A stretch of DNA of 64,000 nt, from contig NC_043003.1 in NCBI RefSeq assembly GCF_006345805.1, forward strand, positions 96,410,001 through 96,474,000, in the 5' to 3' direction. Each line of letters opens with the position of its first letter. The stretch's first letter is position 1. Positions 50,681-62,560 of the stretch are shown here, in pieces. The stretch comes from Octopus sinensis. Lineage: Eukaryota. The notes under the pieces are model-generated. The model was given only the letters and a program-made list of their open reading frames with translations. It was not told where the DNA came from and did not search any database. The position numbers and the translations under genes were made by a program.

Positions 50681-50859
50681 ACACATGTGATGGCTGTTCA
50701 TTCATGTTTAATGAAGATCATCTCTTACAATTAAAAGAGTCATACTGCCCCTCTACTTTTCCTCCACCAGACTAAGAGCTGGAGCTTTGTTCACATTGAC
50801 AATGATTCAGCCAATATTTTGAGGTATGAAGGGCCTTCACATTATTGATAAGGCCTGGA

Positions 50860-52047
50860 ATCTAAGGGCCTTTGAGTTAATTTAGCATAAACCAAAGTCC
50901 TAGTAAGTTGGGAAACAGACATATCACAAGTCCCTTCCAGGAAATGACCTTGCTTGATATGTAAGAAGGGTGTTATTAGAAACTCCAAATGTTGTGCTGA
51001 GTGCAAGCTTTGGACACATAAGAAGTGTAGTGGCATCAAAAGAAGGTTAACAGGGCATATAGTCTTTGTGTGTAGAAAATGTGCAGGTACAATAAGCTCT
51101 AAAAATATGCAGACGATAGGTTCCTTCAAATGCTCGGGTGGGAGGGGGTCATCAGAGGTAGTAGATAACTTCTGTTACCTAGGAGACCAAGTTAGCAGTG
51201 GTGGAGGAAGTTCTGAAAGTGTAGCTGCTCAGATAAGAGTAGGACAGGTGAAGTTCAGAGAGCTTCTAACTTTGTTAATAACTAAGGGCCTCTCCCTCAG
51301 AGTGAAAGGCAGATTGTATGATGCCTGTGTATGTACAGCTATGTTGCATGGCAGTGAAGCTTGGACTTTGACTGAGGACCTGTGAAAGCTTGAAAGAAAT
51401 TAAGCTAGCATGCTCCGCTGGTTGGGTAATGTCAGTGTGCATGCACAACAGAGTGTAAATGATTTAAGAGGAAATCTGGGTGTAAGAGGCATCAGATGTT
51501 GTATGCAAGAGAGAAGACTGTGCTGGTTTGGTCATGTGATGCATATGGATGAGAACAGTTGCATAAAGAAGTGCCAAACTCTAATTATGGAGGATACCTG
51601 TGGAAATGGTAGACCCAGGAAGACATGGGATGAGGTGATGCGAAAGGATCTTTGGACACTGGGCCTCACTGAGGAATTGACAAGGGACCAGGAGATGTTG
51701 TGATTTGCTGTACTTCATAAGACACATTAAGCTAAGTAAAATCACTGTCTTCTTCACTTGCTGGCTTGTCCTTCAGGGGCCTGTGCCACTTAAAAAAGCA
51801 CCCATACTAGTGCTGTGTTAACACACCTGTGCTGGTGCTACATAAGCACACCCATACTGGTGGCATGTAAAAAGCACCCAGCACACTCTATTAGGTGGTT
51901 GGCATTTGGAAGGGCATCCAGCCATAGAAACCATGCCACAACAAACAGTTGGAGATTAGATGGCTCCCTGCTAGCCAACTCCATGTCAGACTGTCCAACA
52001 CATGCCAGCACAGAAAGAGGATGCTAAAAGATGATGATGATGATGAT
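50860..52047 (+). mobile_element. RTE LINE 3' portion (end of ORF2, 3'UTR, (GAT)n tail)
   Basis: C-x2-C...WTHKKCSG; FCYLGDQ; KGRLYDACV...LHGSEAW; RRLCWFGHV; GRPRKTWDEV; continues into the abundant AAAAAGCACC/GAAGGGCATCC repeat. Confidence 0.9.
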
Positions 52048-52104
52048 AGCATGTTTGTGAATGTTTACATAATCCAAGTAATACTAAACATCGGACCTCG
52101 GATA

Positions 52105-53900
52105 CATCATCATCATCGTCTAATGTTTGTTTTCCATACTGGCATAGGCTGGACGGTTTGACTGAGGTCTGGAGAGCCAGTGGCTGCACCAAGCTCCAAT
52201 CTGATCAGGCAATGTTTCTACAGCTGAATACCCTTCCTAACACCAACCACTCTAAGAGTGTTGGCACAGGAGCCAGTCAGGTAGGTTTGGCATCAATCAT
52301 GTTTGAATAGTGCTTTTTACGTGCCACTGGCACGGGAGCCAGTCAGGGTGTACTGGCATCAGCCATGCTTGGATGGTGCTATTTACATGCCACCAGCACA
52401 GGAGCCAGTCAGGCAGACCAGTCATTGACTACGTTCGGATGATTCATTTTATGTGCCACTGGAATAGGAGCCAGTCAGGGGACACTGGCCACAGCTACAA
52501 TTTTGGTTTTACTTGATTCAACAGGTCTTCTCAAGCATATCATATCACCTGGCATATCAAAGGTACTCTTAAATAGGCTGGACATGCAACAGTGGCATCA
52601 GCCATGACTGTGATCTCACTTTAGTTGCTGGGTCCTCTCAATCACAGCATATCTCCAAAGGTCTCTGTCTCCTGTCATTGCTTCTGTGAGGCCCAATGTT
52701 TGAAGGTCATGCTTCACCACCTCATCCCATGTCTTCCTGGCATTGGGAAGGGCATCCAGCCCTAGAAACCATGCCACAACAAACAGTTGGAGACTAGATG
52801 GCTCCCTGCTAGCCAACTCCATGTCAGACTGTCCAACACATGCCAGCATAGAAAGAGGATGCTAAAAGATGATGCAGACGATAGGTTCCTTCAAATGCTC
52901 AGTGTGGGAGTGGGGTCATCAGAGGTAGTAGATAACTTCTGTTACCTAGGAGACCAAGTTAGCTGTGGTGGAGGAAGTTCTGAAAGTGTAGCTGCTCAGA
53001 TAAGAGTAGGATGGGTGAAGTTCAGAGAGCTTCTACCTTTGTTAGTAACTAAGGGCCTCTCTGTCAGAGTGAAAGGCAGATTGTATGATGCCTGTGTATG
53101 TCCAGCCCATACACAGTTGTCTCTATTGCACACCACATTTGATGCTTCTTATGTCCAACTTTTCTCTCGGGGTGCTCTGTCATGTATGCACACTGACATT
53201 AAACATACAGTGGATCATACTAGCTTCATTTCTTTCAAGCCTATGCATGTCCCCAGCAGTCATGGCCCATGTCTCACTGCCGTGTAACATGGTAGTTCAC
53301 ACACATGCATCATACAGTCTACCTTTCACCCTGAGTGAGAGGCTAGTTACCAGCAGAGTTAAGAGCTCCCTGAACTTTGCCCAGGCTCTTCTTATTCTAG
53401 CCACTACACTCTCAGAGCAACCACCCCCACTAAAGACTTGGTTGCCTAGGTAGCGGAACCTATCAACTACTTCTAGTTTTCCCCCCGGCATGTGATAGAA
53501 TCTGTTTTCTGTACATCTGCAGTGTTTATTGCCCCTGTGCATCTTCCACACACAAAAACTATCTTTCTGGTTACCCTTCCTTTGATATTGCTGTACTTTT
53601 TATGTGTCCATAGCTTACACCGGGTACATCATATGGAGTGTCTACCCATGCCTTTTCTACAGATCGAGCAGGAGCATCTACCTGAAGGGGTTTGTGATTT
53701 GTCCGCCTTCCTACTTACTAAGACTTTGGTTTTTGGTAGGTGAACCCTAAGGCCCTTCAATTCTAGACCTTGCTTCTGCACCCTAAACTTCGTCTCTAGT
53801 TCTGGCAGTGACTCAGCTATTAGAGCATGGTCATCCACCCATATTGTACAATTACCTTTGTGGATAAAGTGGGTGCTGGCAATATACAGACCATGTTATT
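52105..53900 (-). mobile_element. Second RTE LINE copy, opposite orientation, interrupted at 52739-53101
   Basis: Minus-strand DDHALIAES...LPKTKVL, RYLGNQ, RVKGRLYDACV, PRKTWDEVVKHDLQTLGLTE, then 3'UTR tandem units and tail. Confidence 0.85.
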
Positions 53901-54459
53901 TACAGAGTTCTAGTAATATGAGATCGTTGTTATTCAACTTTACCATATCAGTACACTCAAGGGAGTTCCACAGATGTCAGTCTCTTCCAGTCCTGGCATT
54001 GAAGCTCCTCCATTAAGACGATGACTTTGCATGACTTGAGGGATTTTTCTCAGTACAGCTTTCATCTGGGCATAGAATGTGCTTTTGTCTTCATCAAAAC
54101 TGGGAACTTAGCCACATCTCAGAAGGGTATATCACCCACTTTCCATGTGCAGATGCAGAGTTACCAATCATTTGTTTATAGGGATTGGAAATTTCTTAAC
54201 CATTTAGCATTCAGACTACTCCGCCAAATATTGTGCTTATTTATTCCCATTGTTTTGAATTAAACATACGTTATCTCATAAACATTGATACTTTGATATG
54301 ATTGCTTATTTTTAGAATGATATTGTAGGGTATGGACAAAAGACTGAATCTGGCCAGTTTGAACATAAAACAGGTGGAATAATTGGGCCAGATATTATTT
54401 TTCACTGCTTTCACAGATTCCCATGACTCTCTGTCTCCATCTGGTTCCGTTATTATGAA

Positions 54460-54857
54460 CTAGCAGTATCGCCCGGCGTTGCTCAGGTTTGTAAGGGAAA
54501 TAACTATATAAGCATTTTTAGAGAGTTATAGCCAAAAAATAGCAAAAAAATGCATTAAAAATGGAAAAAAAATGATGGTAATTTTTTTTAAAAATCGTTG
54601 ACTCATCGTAGACATTTTTAGAGAGTTACTTCCCTTATATAATAGCGAAAAAATGCATTAAAATGGAAAAAAATTATGGTAAATTTTTTTTTAAATCGTA
54701 GACTCATTGTAGACGCGCGCTAATACCCAGAAGGGCTCGATATGAATCACGACTATAAGATACCCGGTTTTGGTTAAACTGCACCGCAAAATGTGGGAGT
54801 AGTTAGGAATCTAAATCGTAGGAGACAGACACACAACTTCAGTTTTATATTTAAAGA
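54460..54857 (-). mobile_element. Non-autonomous Helitron (CpG-rich, internal ~115-bp duplication)
   Basis: Minus strand: A|TCTTTAAATATAAAACTGAAGTTGTGTGTCTGTC 5' end; 3' CCTGAGCAACGCCGGG hairpin, then CTAG|T at 54463-54459. Confidence 0.75.
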
Positions 54858-55070
54858 TTTGAATTGGGAGTTTGAATCATAGTGAATCTTTCATTAACTG
54901 ATTACACAGCCATGGATGCCACCCTTATGGATGCATTGCAGTTACTCTCTTGGTGATCCTGACCATTGATCTTCTAGGATTCCTCTGCTCAGCATCATTG
55001 TAAAAAGAACGTTAGCTCAGTTGAGCTCTTTCACTTCCTCTTCACAATCCACCATACTGCTGTCCTATAG

Positions 55071-55460
55071 CACGCCGGGCGAAATGCTTAGCGGTATTTC
55101 GTCTGTCGTTACGTTGTGAGTTCAAATTCTGCCGAGGTCGACTTTGCCTTTCATCCTTTCGGGGTCGATAAATTAAGTACCAGTTACGCACTGGGGTCGA
55201 TGTAATCGACTTAATACCTATGTCTGTCCTTGTTTGTCCCTTCTATGTTTAGCCCCTTGTGGGTAATAAAGAAATGGGTATTTCGTCTGTTGTTACGTTG
55301 TGAGTTCAAATTCCGGCGAGGTCGACTTTGCCTTTCATCCTTTCGGGGTCGATAAATTAAGTACCGGTTGCGCATTAGGGTCGATGTAATCGAATTAATA
55401 CCTATGTCTGTCCTTGTTTGTCCCCTCTATGTTTAGCCCCTTGTGGGTAATAAAGAAATA
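55071..55460 (+). mobile_element. Young family B SINE as a head-to-tail dimer (~195-bp unit)
   Basis: GGTATTTCGTCTGT...GGGTAATAAAGAAAT occurs twice; CpGs largely intact. Confidence 0.9.
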
Positions 55461-56612
55461 CAAATATGTTGACTCTGTTTGTCTCTGGATCATACCAACA
55501 TGATGGAAATGAACTATGAGGTGTTATATAAGCCATACTGGAGCTAAACCTCTGTATAGACATCGGCATCGTTGATACACACATACATACATATGTGTGC
55601 AATATACACATAAAATATACCTAAATACCTATGCATTTTCAATAATCTGGGTGACCAGCTGAAGCAGGAACATTTATAGGTTCTTAAGATATTTATAGTT
55701 GAAGTGAGGAATCAGAAGGAATGATAAACTAGGAAGCATGAAGGACAAAATCTAACAAGACTGAAGATAATAATAGTTTATGAATATTTATGAATATTTA
55801 TTTATATGTTCCTATTTCATTTCGTACATAATTTGAAGGCAAAAATATATAAGTAGTATATGTGTGTTCAGGGGGTGGGATGGCAATGGGATTATGTTAC
55901 ATCATCATCATCATCATCATTATCCTTAGAGAAACTAGCCATGAATGTCAAATGTGTGGTGTGGTGTTAATGATAAATAAATCTCATTGATTTAAAGATT
56001 TAGACTTTTCTATTTAGCTTGATAAGCTTTGTGGTATTTTTGAATCGAAACTCTTTACTTCTTTTACATTTATGTGCGTTGTTAAATGTTGTTGCTTCTG
56101 TTGTTATTTTCACCTCTTCTGCTGACATTGACTAATGAATTCAGGAAGATTATGCTGTGTGTTCCACCCTGACGCTAATTCAATTTTTCCTTTCTTTTTC
56201 TTCCTACAAGGAAATGAGCAGATTATCTCACAAATATCTAAACAGGGTCGGCTTTGTGACTGTGCGTGGAGTTATATCCAAATCTATAATCTTGCTAAAA
56301 TCGGTGAAAATTGTTTTTTTTTACCTTCTTGTTCCTCCTTCTCCCTTTCATCTCATTACCCTCTTCTTTTCTTTTTCTCTTTCTTTCTTATGTTTACTTT
56401 GATTCCCCCCTCTCTCTTTCTCTCTATCTCTATTTCTCTCTCTCCCTTTATCACTGATTTTTATCTCACTCTCACTTGTTTTCCAGTCAGAAATGTATAG
56501 GTATTCAGCCAGTGTTTTAGTATACAACAAGCTGTCATCAGAAGTGGAGCGTACTTAACTATTTTCGTTTTTCTTCTTTGGCCATTCCATTCTTCCTTTC
56601 TCAGTTTCATAG

Positions 56613-56699
56613 ATATTTGGCAGAATGGCTGGCATTAACATCTCTAAGTTTATGAAGAGTCAAAAGAAAAAAAGTTTTGCTGCCTTATCAGTCACCATA
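56613..56699 (+). other. Candidate plus-strand exon (87 nt, one open frame IFGRMAGINISKFMKSQKKKSFAALSVTI)
   Basis: Long polypyrimidine tract plus AG at 56611-56612; donor GTAAGT at 56700; no homology recognised. Confidence 0.35.
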
Positions 56700-56794
56700 G
56701 TAAGTCTTCCAAAACTGAATTCAAAAAGTATTTTTTCTCTTGCATTTTGTGCCTTTATCAGTATATATATGCATGCATAAATATATATATACAT

Positions 56795-56872
<78 letters not shown>

Positions 56873-56994
56873 TACATATAAATACATGTATATATATATG
56901 TATGTATATGTATATAGATAGATAGATAGATATTTATATTATTATACATACGTACAAATATGTGTGTACATATATATACACACACACATACAGA

Positions 56995-57026
<32 letters not shown>

Positions 57027-57944
57027 CCCACATACAAACGCACACACATGTGCACATTATACACACATAAACACAAACACATGCTCTAACATTCATGCCT
57101 GTATATCTGCTTTTTAGTATATGTTTATATGATTCTTTCAGTGGTTGTTTTCATGTGTATGTATCTTTGGGAGGGTGAGGAAAATGCTTGTTTTTGTTTA
57201 TATGTGTGTTTATTTCTGTTGAGGTAGGATGTAACTGGAGGAAGATTATCTTGAGCAGTTATTTCTAGCAAGCCAATTGACCATGTTGAGAGTCCTTCTC
57301 CACTGGAGAACTCTTGTTTTTCATTAATTTCAGTGATTATGAATAAACTTGTGGATGTATTCATCTACGTCATAGTTTATTAATTTATAGCAACATAGGG
57401 AATTGTCATAACCTAATAATCTGAAGAAGCTGGCCATATCTGGCCCAAATATGCTACCTGTTTTATGTTCTAGCCAGCTAGATCCAGCCTATCACACTTA
57501 CCCTTCAATGCCATTATAATAATAATAATAATGAAATTATTGTATACAGTGCTCAGGTGCACCACAACTTGTCAGAGTATATGCAGTAATGTACAAATGT
57601 CTGGAAAGAGAACAATGCATGAGTCAGATACATGCTTGTGTGTGTATGGAGGGGAGAAAATCAGGTGTAGTGTTGTCGAATCTCAGAAAGCATGGAAGTT
57701 TTGAAGGATGCAGTGCATAAAATATGCAATCACACTATCATAATTTCAAAGATATGAGATAATGCATGATTAATGAAAAAACAATGTGAATGAAAAGGCA
57801 TTACATTTGACAAAATAATCTGAATGCTAAAGGGTTAAAATCCACATGAGGTATATCATACTGAGTTTATCAAGCTGATTAAATTATTTTTGAATTATCA
57901 TGTTTAGTATATTGCACTATATATACATATATATATGTTGGATC

Positions 57945-58825
57945 ATCCTATAGATAATGAGGTTTTTTATACCTCTTTTACTTTTCAAAATTAAGGTAAA
58001 CAAAGTTCTTTCCTAATCTAAAATATACTCTCCTTCATTTTCTACAATACTCATTCATCTATCTGGTAGACTTGCAAGGCCTCTCTTCCAAAATTCACTC
58101 GTCTGTGATGAAAAATGCTCCTCCAGTATTGTTCTGATCTTATTTACAGAATTCATATTTTTTCCATCCAAATGCTTTTGAAGACTGTGGAATAAATGAT
58201 AATCAGATGGGGTAATGTCCAGGGGATAAGGTGGGGGAAGAGGGCATCATTTCCCATTCAAACTGCTCCAGCCTTTGGAATGTCATCCTCGCTGTATGTG
58301 GTTGAGCATTATCCTGATTGAAGAACACCTGGTGTTTTGAGACCAATGATGGTTGTTCTTCTTCTAGTACTGACTTGAATGACCAAATCCAAGCTTCTCT
58401 GCTAGTTACTCAACAGTTACAATGGTATTTTGTTCCATCAGGGTTTGCAGGACATCCTTGTCAAGCTCTACGGATCTTCCAGGATGAGGCTCATCTTCTA
58501 GGTGGTAGTTTCTGGCTTGGAATTTCTGGAACCACCATTGACATTGGCTTATGCTTATTGTCCTATCCCCATACACTGCATTAATATTCCTTGCACTTTC
58601 CATTGCGTTGTTGCCTTTATTGAACTCATAAAGCAAAATGTGCTGAATATGCTCTTTTGTTACTTCCATTATATCTTTGAAAAAATAACTGTTAAAATTG
58701 AACTGCACTCTTCAAAACTTTCAGTATTTTGTGGTTATGGCATTCACTCTGTTCCATTCTCAAATTGCGTCATTTGGAATGGGAAAAATTCTTAAAAGCA
58801 TGTCATAGAGTCGATGCTTAATACA
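57945..58825 (-). mobile_element. Internally deleted mariner (DD34D, SETMAR/Hsmar-like) remnant
   Basis: MEVTKEHIQHILLYEFNKGNNA...WFQKF...LEDEPHPGR; FNQDNAQPHTA; degenerate ends. Confidence 0.85.
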
Positions 58826-59159
58826 CATAACCACTTTGGAAAACTTTCATCAGCCACGCATTGCCCATTCATTACACTTGATACAGTGTCTATTGAAGGC
58901 TGTGGCTTAGTGGTTAGGGTATTCAGCTCATGATTGTAAAGTTATGAGTTCAATACTTGATGGCATGTAGTGTCCTTGAGCAAGACACTTTACTTCACAT
59001 TGCTCCAGTTCACTCAGCTGGCAAAAATGAGTTATATTTGTAATTCGAAGGACTGGCATTGTCACATTCAGTGTCACACTGAATCTCCCCCGAAAACTAT
59101 GTTAAAGGTATATATGTCTGTGGAATGTTCAGCTGCTTGTACATTAATTTCATGAGCAG

Positions 59160-59850
59160 GCTGTTCAGGTGCAGCACAACTTGTCAGAAAGTGCGTATAA
59201 AGTATATGCAGTAATGTACAAATGTCTGGAAAGCGAACAGTGTACGAGTCATATATATGCTTGTGTGTGTATGGAGGGGAGAAAATCAGGTGTAGTGTTG
59301 GCGAATCTCAGAAAGCATGGAAGTTTTGAAGGATGCAGTGCTCCGACAACTAACAACTGATGCCGGCAGTTTGTTCCATGCTTCAGCAACTCTCAGCGTG
59401 AAAAAATGTTTCCGAAAGTCATGGGAGCTGTGCTGTTTTCTGACTTTGTAAATATGCCCATGGGTGTTAGACGGGTAGAGTTTGAAAAGGTGCTCAGAGT
59501 TATTGTTTGTAAGATGGTTGATAATTTTATGGGTGTCTGCCAAGTCAGCTGCCAGAAGTCGGAGTTTCAATGTGTCCATGCCCAGGAAAGTAAGGCGTTC
59601 AGAATATGGCAAATGCCTGATGGAGGGTATTCTTTTGGTTGCACGTTGCTGAACGGCTTCAAGACGATTGATATCCTGGGCAAGATAGGGGTTCCAGACC
59701 AGTGATGCAAATTCCAGGTGAGGTCTTACCATAGCTATATAAAGTTGCAGATAGTCGGAGAGCGGCTCACAAAGGATTTGGTAAGTGATGCCAAGACGCC
59801 CTCAGCCTTCTTGACAATTTTAGCGACGTGTTTTGTCCAGCGCAAATCAC
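59160..59850 (-). mobile_element. CR1-group LINE 3' fragment inserted in a family D SINE
   Basis: VRPHLEFASLVWNPY...LEAVQQRATK...HFFTLRVAEAWNKLP; a short copy of the same 3' end at about 57550-57716. Confidence 0.9.
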
Positions 59851-60455
59851 TGTCGATTGAATCAACAGGAACCCTCATTGTCATAACTGACAAAGTGTCA
59901 GTTACTGTGTCTAATAAACTCATTATGCACTATATTAAGAATTTAGTGTGAAGAGTCACTGGTATTTCCCATGATAAGAAAAATGTTTAACTTAAACTAA
60001 TCTGCATCAGGTCTGCTACCAAGCTATCAAGATTTCCATTGACTTTGGCATCAGAAAACCCATTTTGAACAGAAACACTCATTATATCATGAACTGTGAT
60101 TTAATCAAATTTACCATATTTATTTTTTTTATACTGTTTCTATACAATATATTTCCAATTTAGAATAATCTAGACAGATCTGTAGATTTGATATTGGCAT
60201 ATCTGAAAACAATTTATTGGTGATGGCTTTTCTCAATGTTAACCACTCAATCCTTATTGAGTGTGGCTGCTATTTTTAGCTTGGGAAGCAGACTGAGATG
60301 AAGTGTGTTGCCTAACTGAAACTAATGTCTTTAAACTTGATCTACTAAAGTGATATCATCTTTCATTGATAAGCCTAGGCCTTACATATATGTAAATATG
60401 CATACATACATACATACACACACCTATATATATGTATCTGCTTGTATCAATATAT

Positions 60456-60515
<60 letters not shown>

Positions 60516-61001
60516 TACACACACACAATTTTATGTTGATTTAATCATTAGAATATGGGTTCAAATCACACAGGCAGCCTTCAACCTTTTTTATCAAAAA
60601 GGTTTTATGTGATGTTATTCAAGAGCCAATTTTCCAAAAAATGAATTATATGGACAAGGTTTTCTCCTATAACCTCAGGCTGGCCAAAGCCTTGTGAGTA
60701 GATTTGGTAGATGAAAACTGAAAGAGGTATGTCTTATATATATATATATATATGCAAGCATGTGTATGGGGATGTTTTTGTGCTTATGTTTGTCCCCTAC
60801 CATTGCTTGGTAAGCTGTGTTCATATATTTACGTCCCCTATAACTTAGAAGCTTGGCAAAAGAGACCAATAGAATAAGTACCAAACTTTAAAAAATTAAA
60901 TATTGGGGTTGATTCATTCAACTAAAATTCTTCGGTATGGTCACAGTCTAATGACTAGAAGATAAATGATCAAGTTATACAAAAGAGAACATAGAGAGGG
61001 C

Positions 61002-61279
61002 TTAAAATTTACAACAGCTGTTTCGACAGAATTTTATTGATGTGTTCATAGATCACATCATAACATATAATCCACCATCTTCAGATAACATTTTAAACAG
61101 GTATCAGATACATTGATTATGATGATCCGACAATGATGGTTGGATTCTTCACAACTGATATATTATCTCATCTGTTTGATACCTGTTTAAAATTTTATCT
61201 GAAGGTGGTGGATTACATGTTATGATGTAATCAAGGTATATATTAATAAAATTCTACTAAAACAGTTGTAAATTTTTAA
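61002..61279. repeat. Foldback/MITE-like element, ~105-bp imperfect inverted arms
   Basis: 61002-61106 matches the reverse complement of 61177-61279 (e.g. CATCATAACAT.TAATCCACCA.CTTCAGATAA..TTTTAAACAGGTATCA). Confidence 0.8.
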
Positions 61280-61800
61280 CCTTATTTGTGCTCTCTTTAT
61301 TGTTCCCATGCCATAGCTAGATTCAACTGTGAGCCAGATCTACAGTTGAAATTGGATTTGATACCAACATATCTACAGTATCCAACCAACACTTGACATC
61401 TTCAGTGCTTTACTTCACTGTGAACCTTATGTTATTGTACCAAACTGTTTTTGGCATCATTCATGTTGATGTGCCTAGATTCTATTGAATTCTTTAACTA
61501 ATCAATCTATATATTATATATATATATCTATAAGGATTTGGATTTAAAAAAAACTTAACAAACTCTGCAGTGAATAGTTGAGGCTTCACTCTATCTCTAA
61601 ACTGAATTAACCATATCCATTCTTCACAATTAGTGTGAAGAACAAAATTGAAACTTGGAAAAGCAATAGCATGAAGCAGTAGCTTCAGATAAATGACTGT
61701 GTATATGAGTGTATGTGAATGTGTGTTTGTGTATATGTGTGTGTGTGTGCATATGTACGTATGTATGTGTGTGTGCATGTGTATGTGTGTTTATCTGTGA

Positions 61801-61832
<32 letters not shown>

Positions 61833-62360
61833 TTATATGAATTCACATTATAAATCAGCATAAATGATAAATGATAAAATTTAGGTGGATATAGCAGAGG
61901 TATTTTTTCTTTCTTTATTTATTTACATAAGAAGATATAAAATGTCTGGATTTAAAAAAAAAAATTACATAATACTACTTAAATTCTTTCATTCTGCGCT
62001 CTATTCCTGGAGAGTCAAATCTTGTCTCACTTCCCACCATATATACATATATACACACCTATGTACATAAATACATACATACATACATATGCACACACAC
62101 ACACTTAGGCACACATGAACACACATATATATTTATATATACATACATACACATATGTATATGATATATACACACACTCATATATATATATATATATATA
62201 TATGGAGTGGCATTTATATTTTGTATTAAATAGATGAATGATGACAAATTGGTAATTGGTTCCAATTTAAGTTTTGTATTTAAAAAAAATATATGAAATA
62301 GAGTTGATCTAGTGTTATTTTTTCTAATTTATTTCTGGAGGTTTTTAGCATTTTTTATCA

Positions 62361-62559
<199 letters not shown>

Positions 62560-62560
62560 A

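Noticed and set aside
55071-55460. tRNA-like A/B boxes and apparent repeat-spacer patterns
   Set aside because: SINE heads with no complete cloverleaf; no CRISPR array or tRNA gene is supported anywhere in the window.
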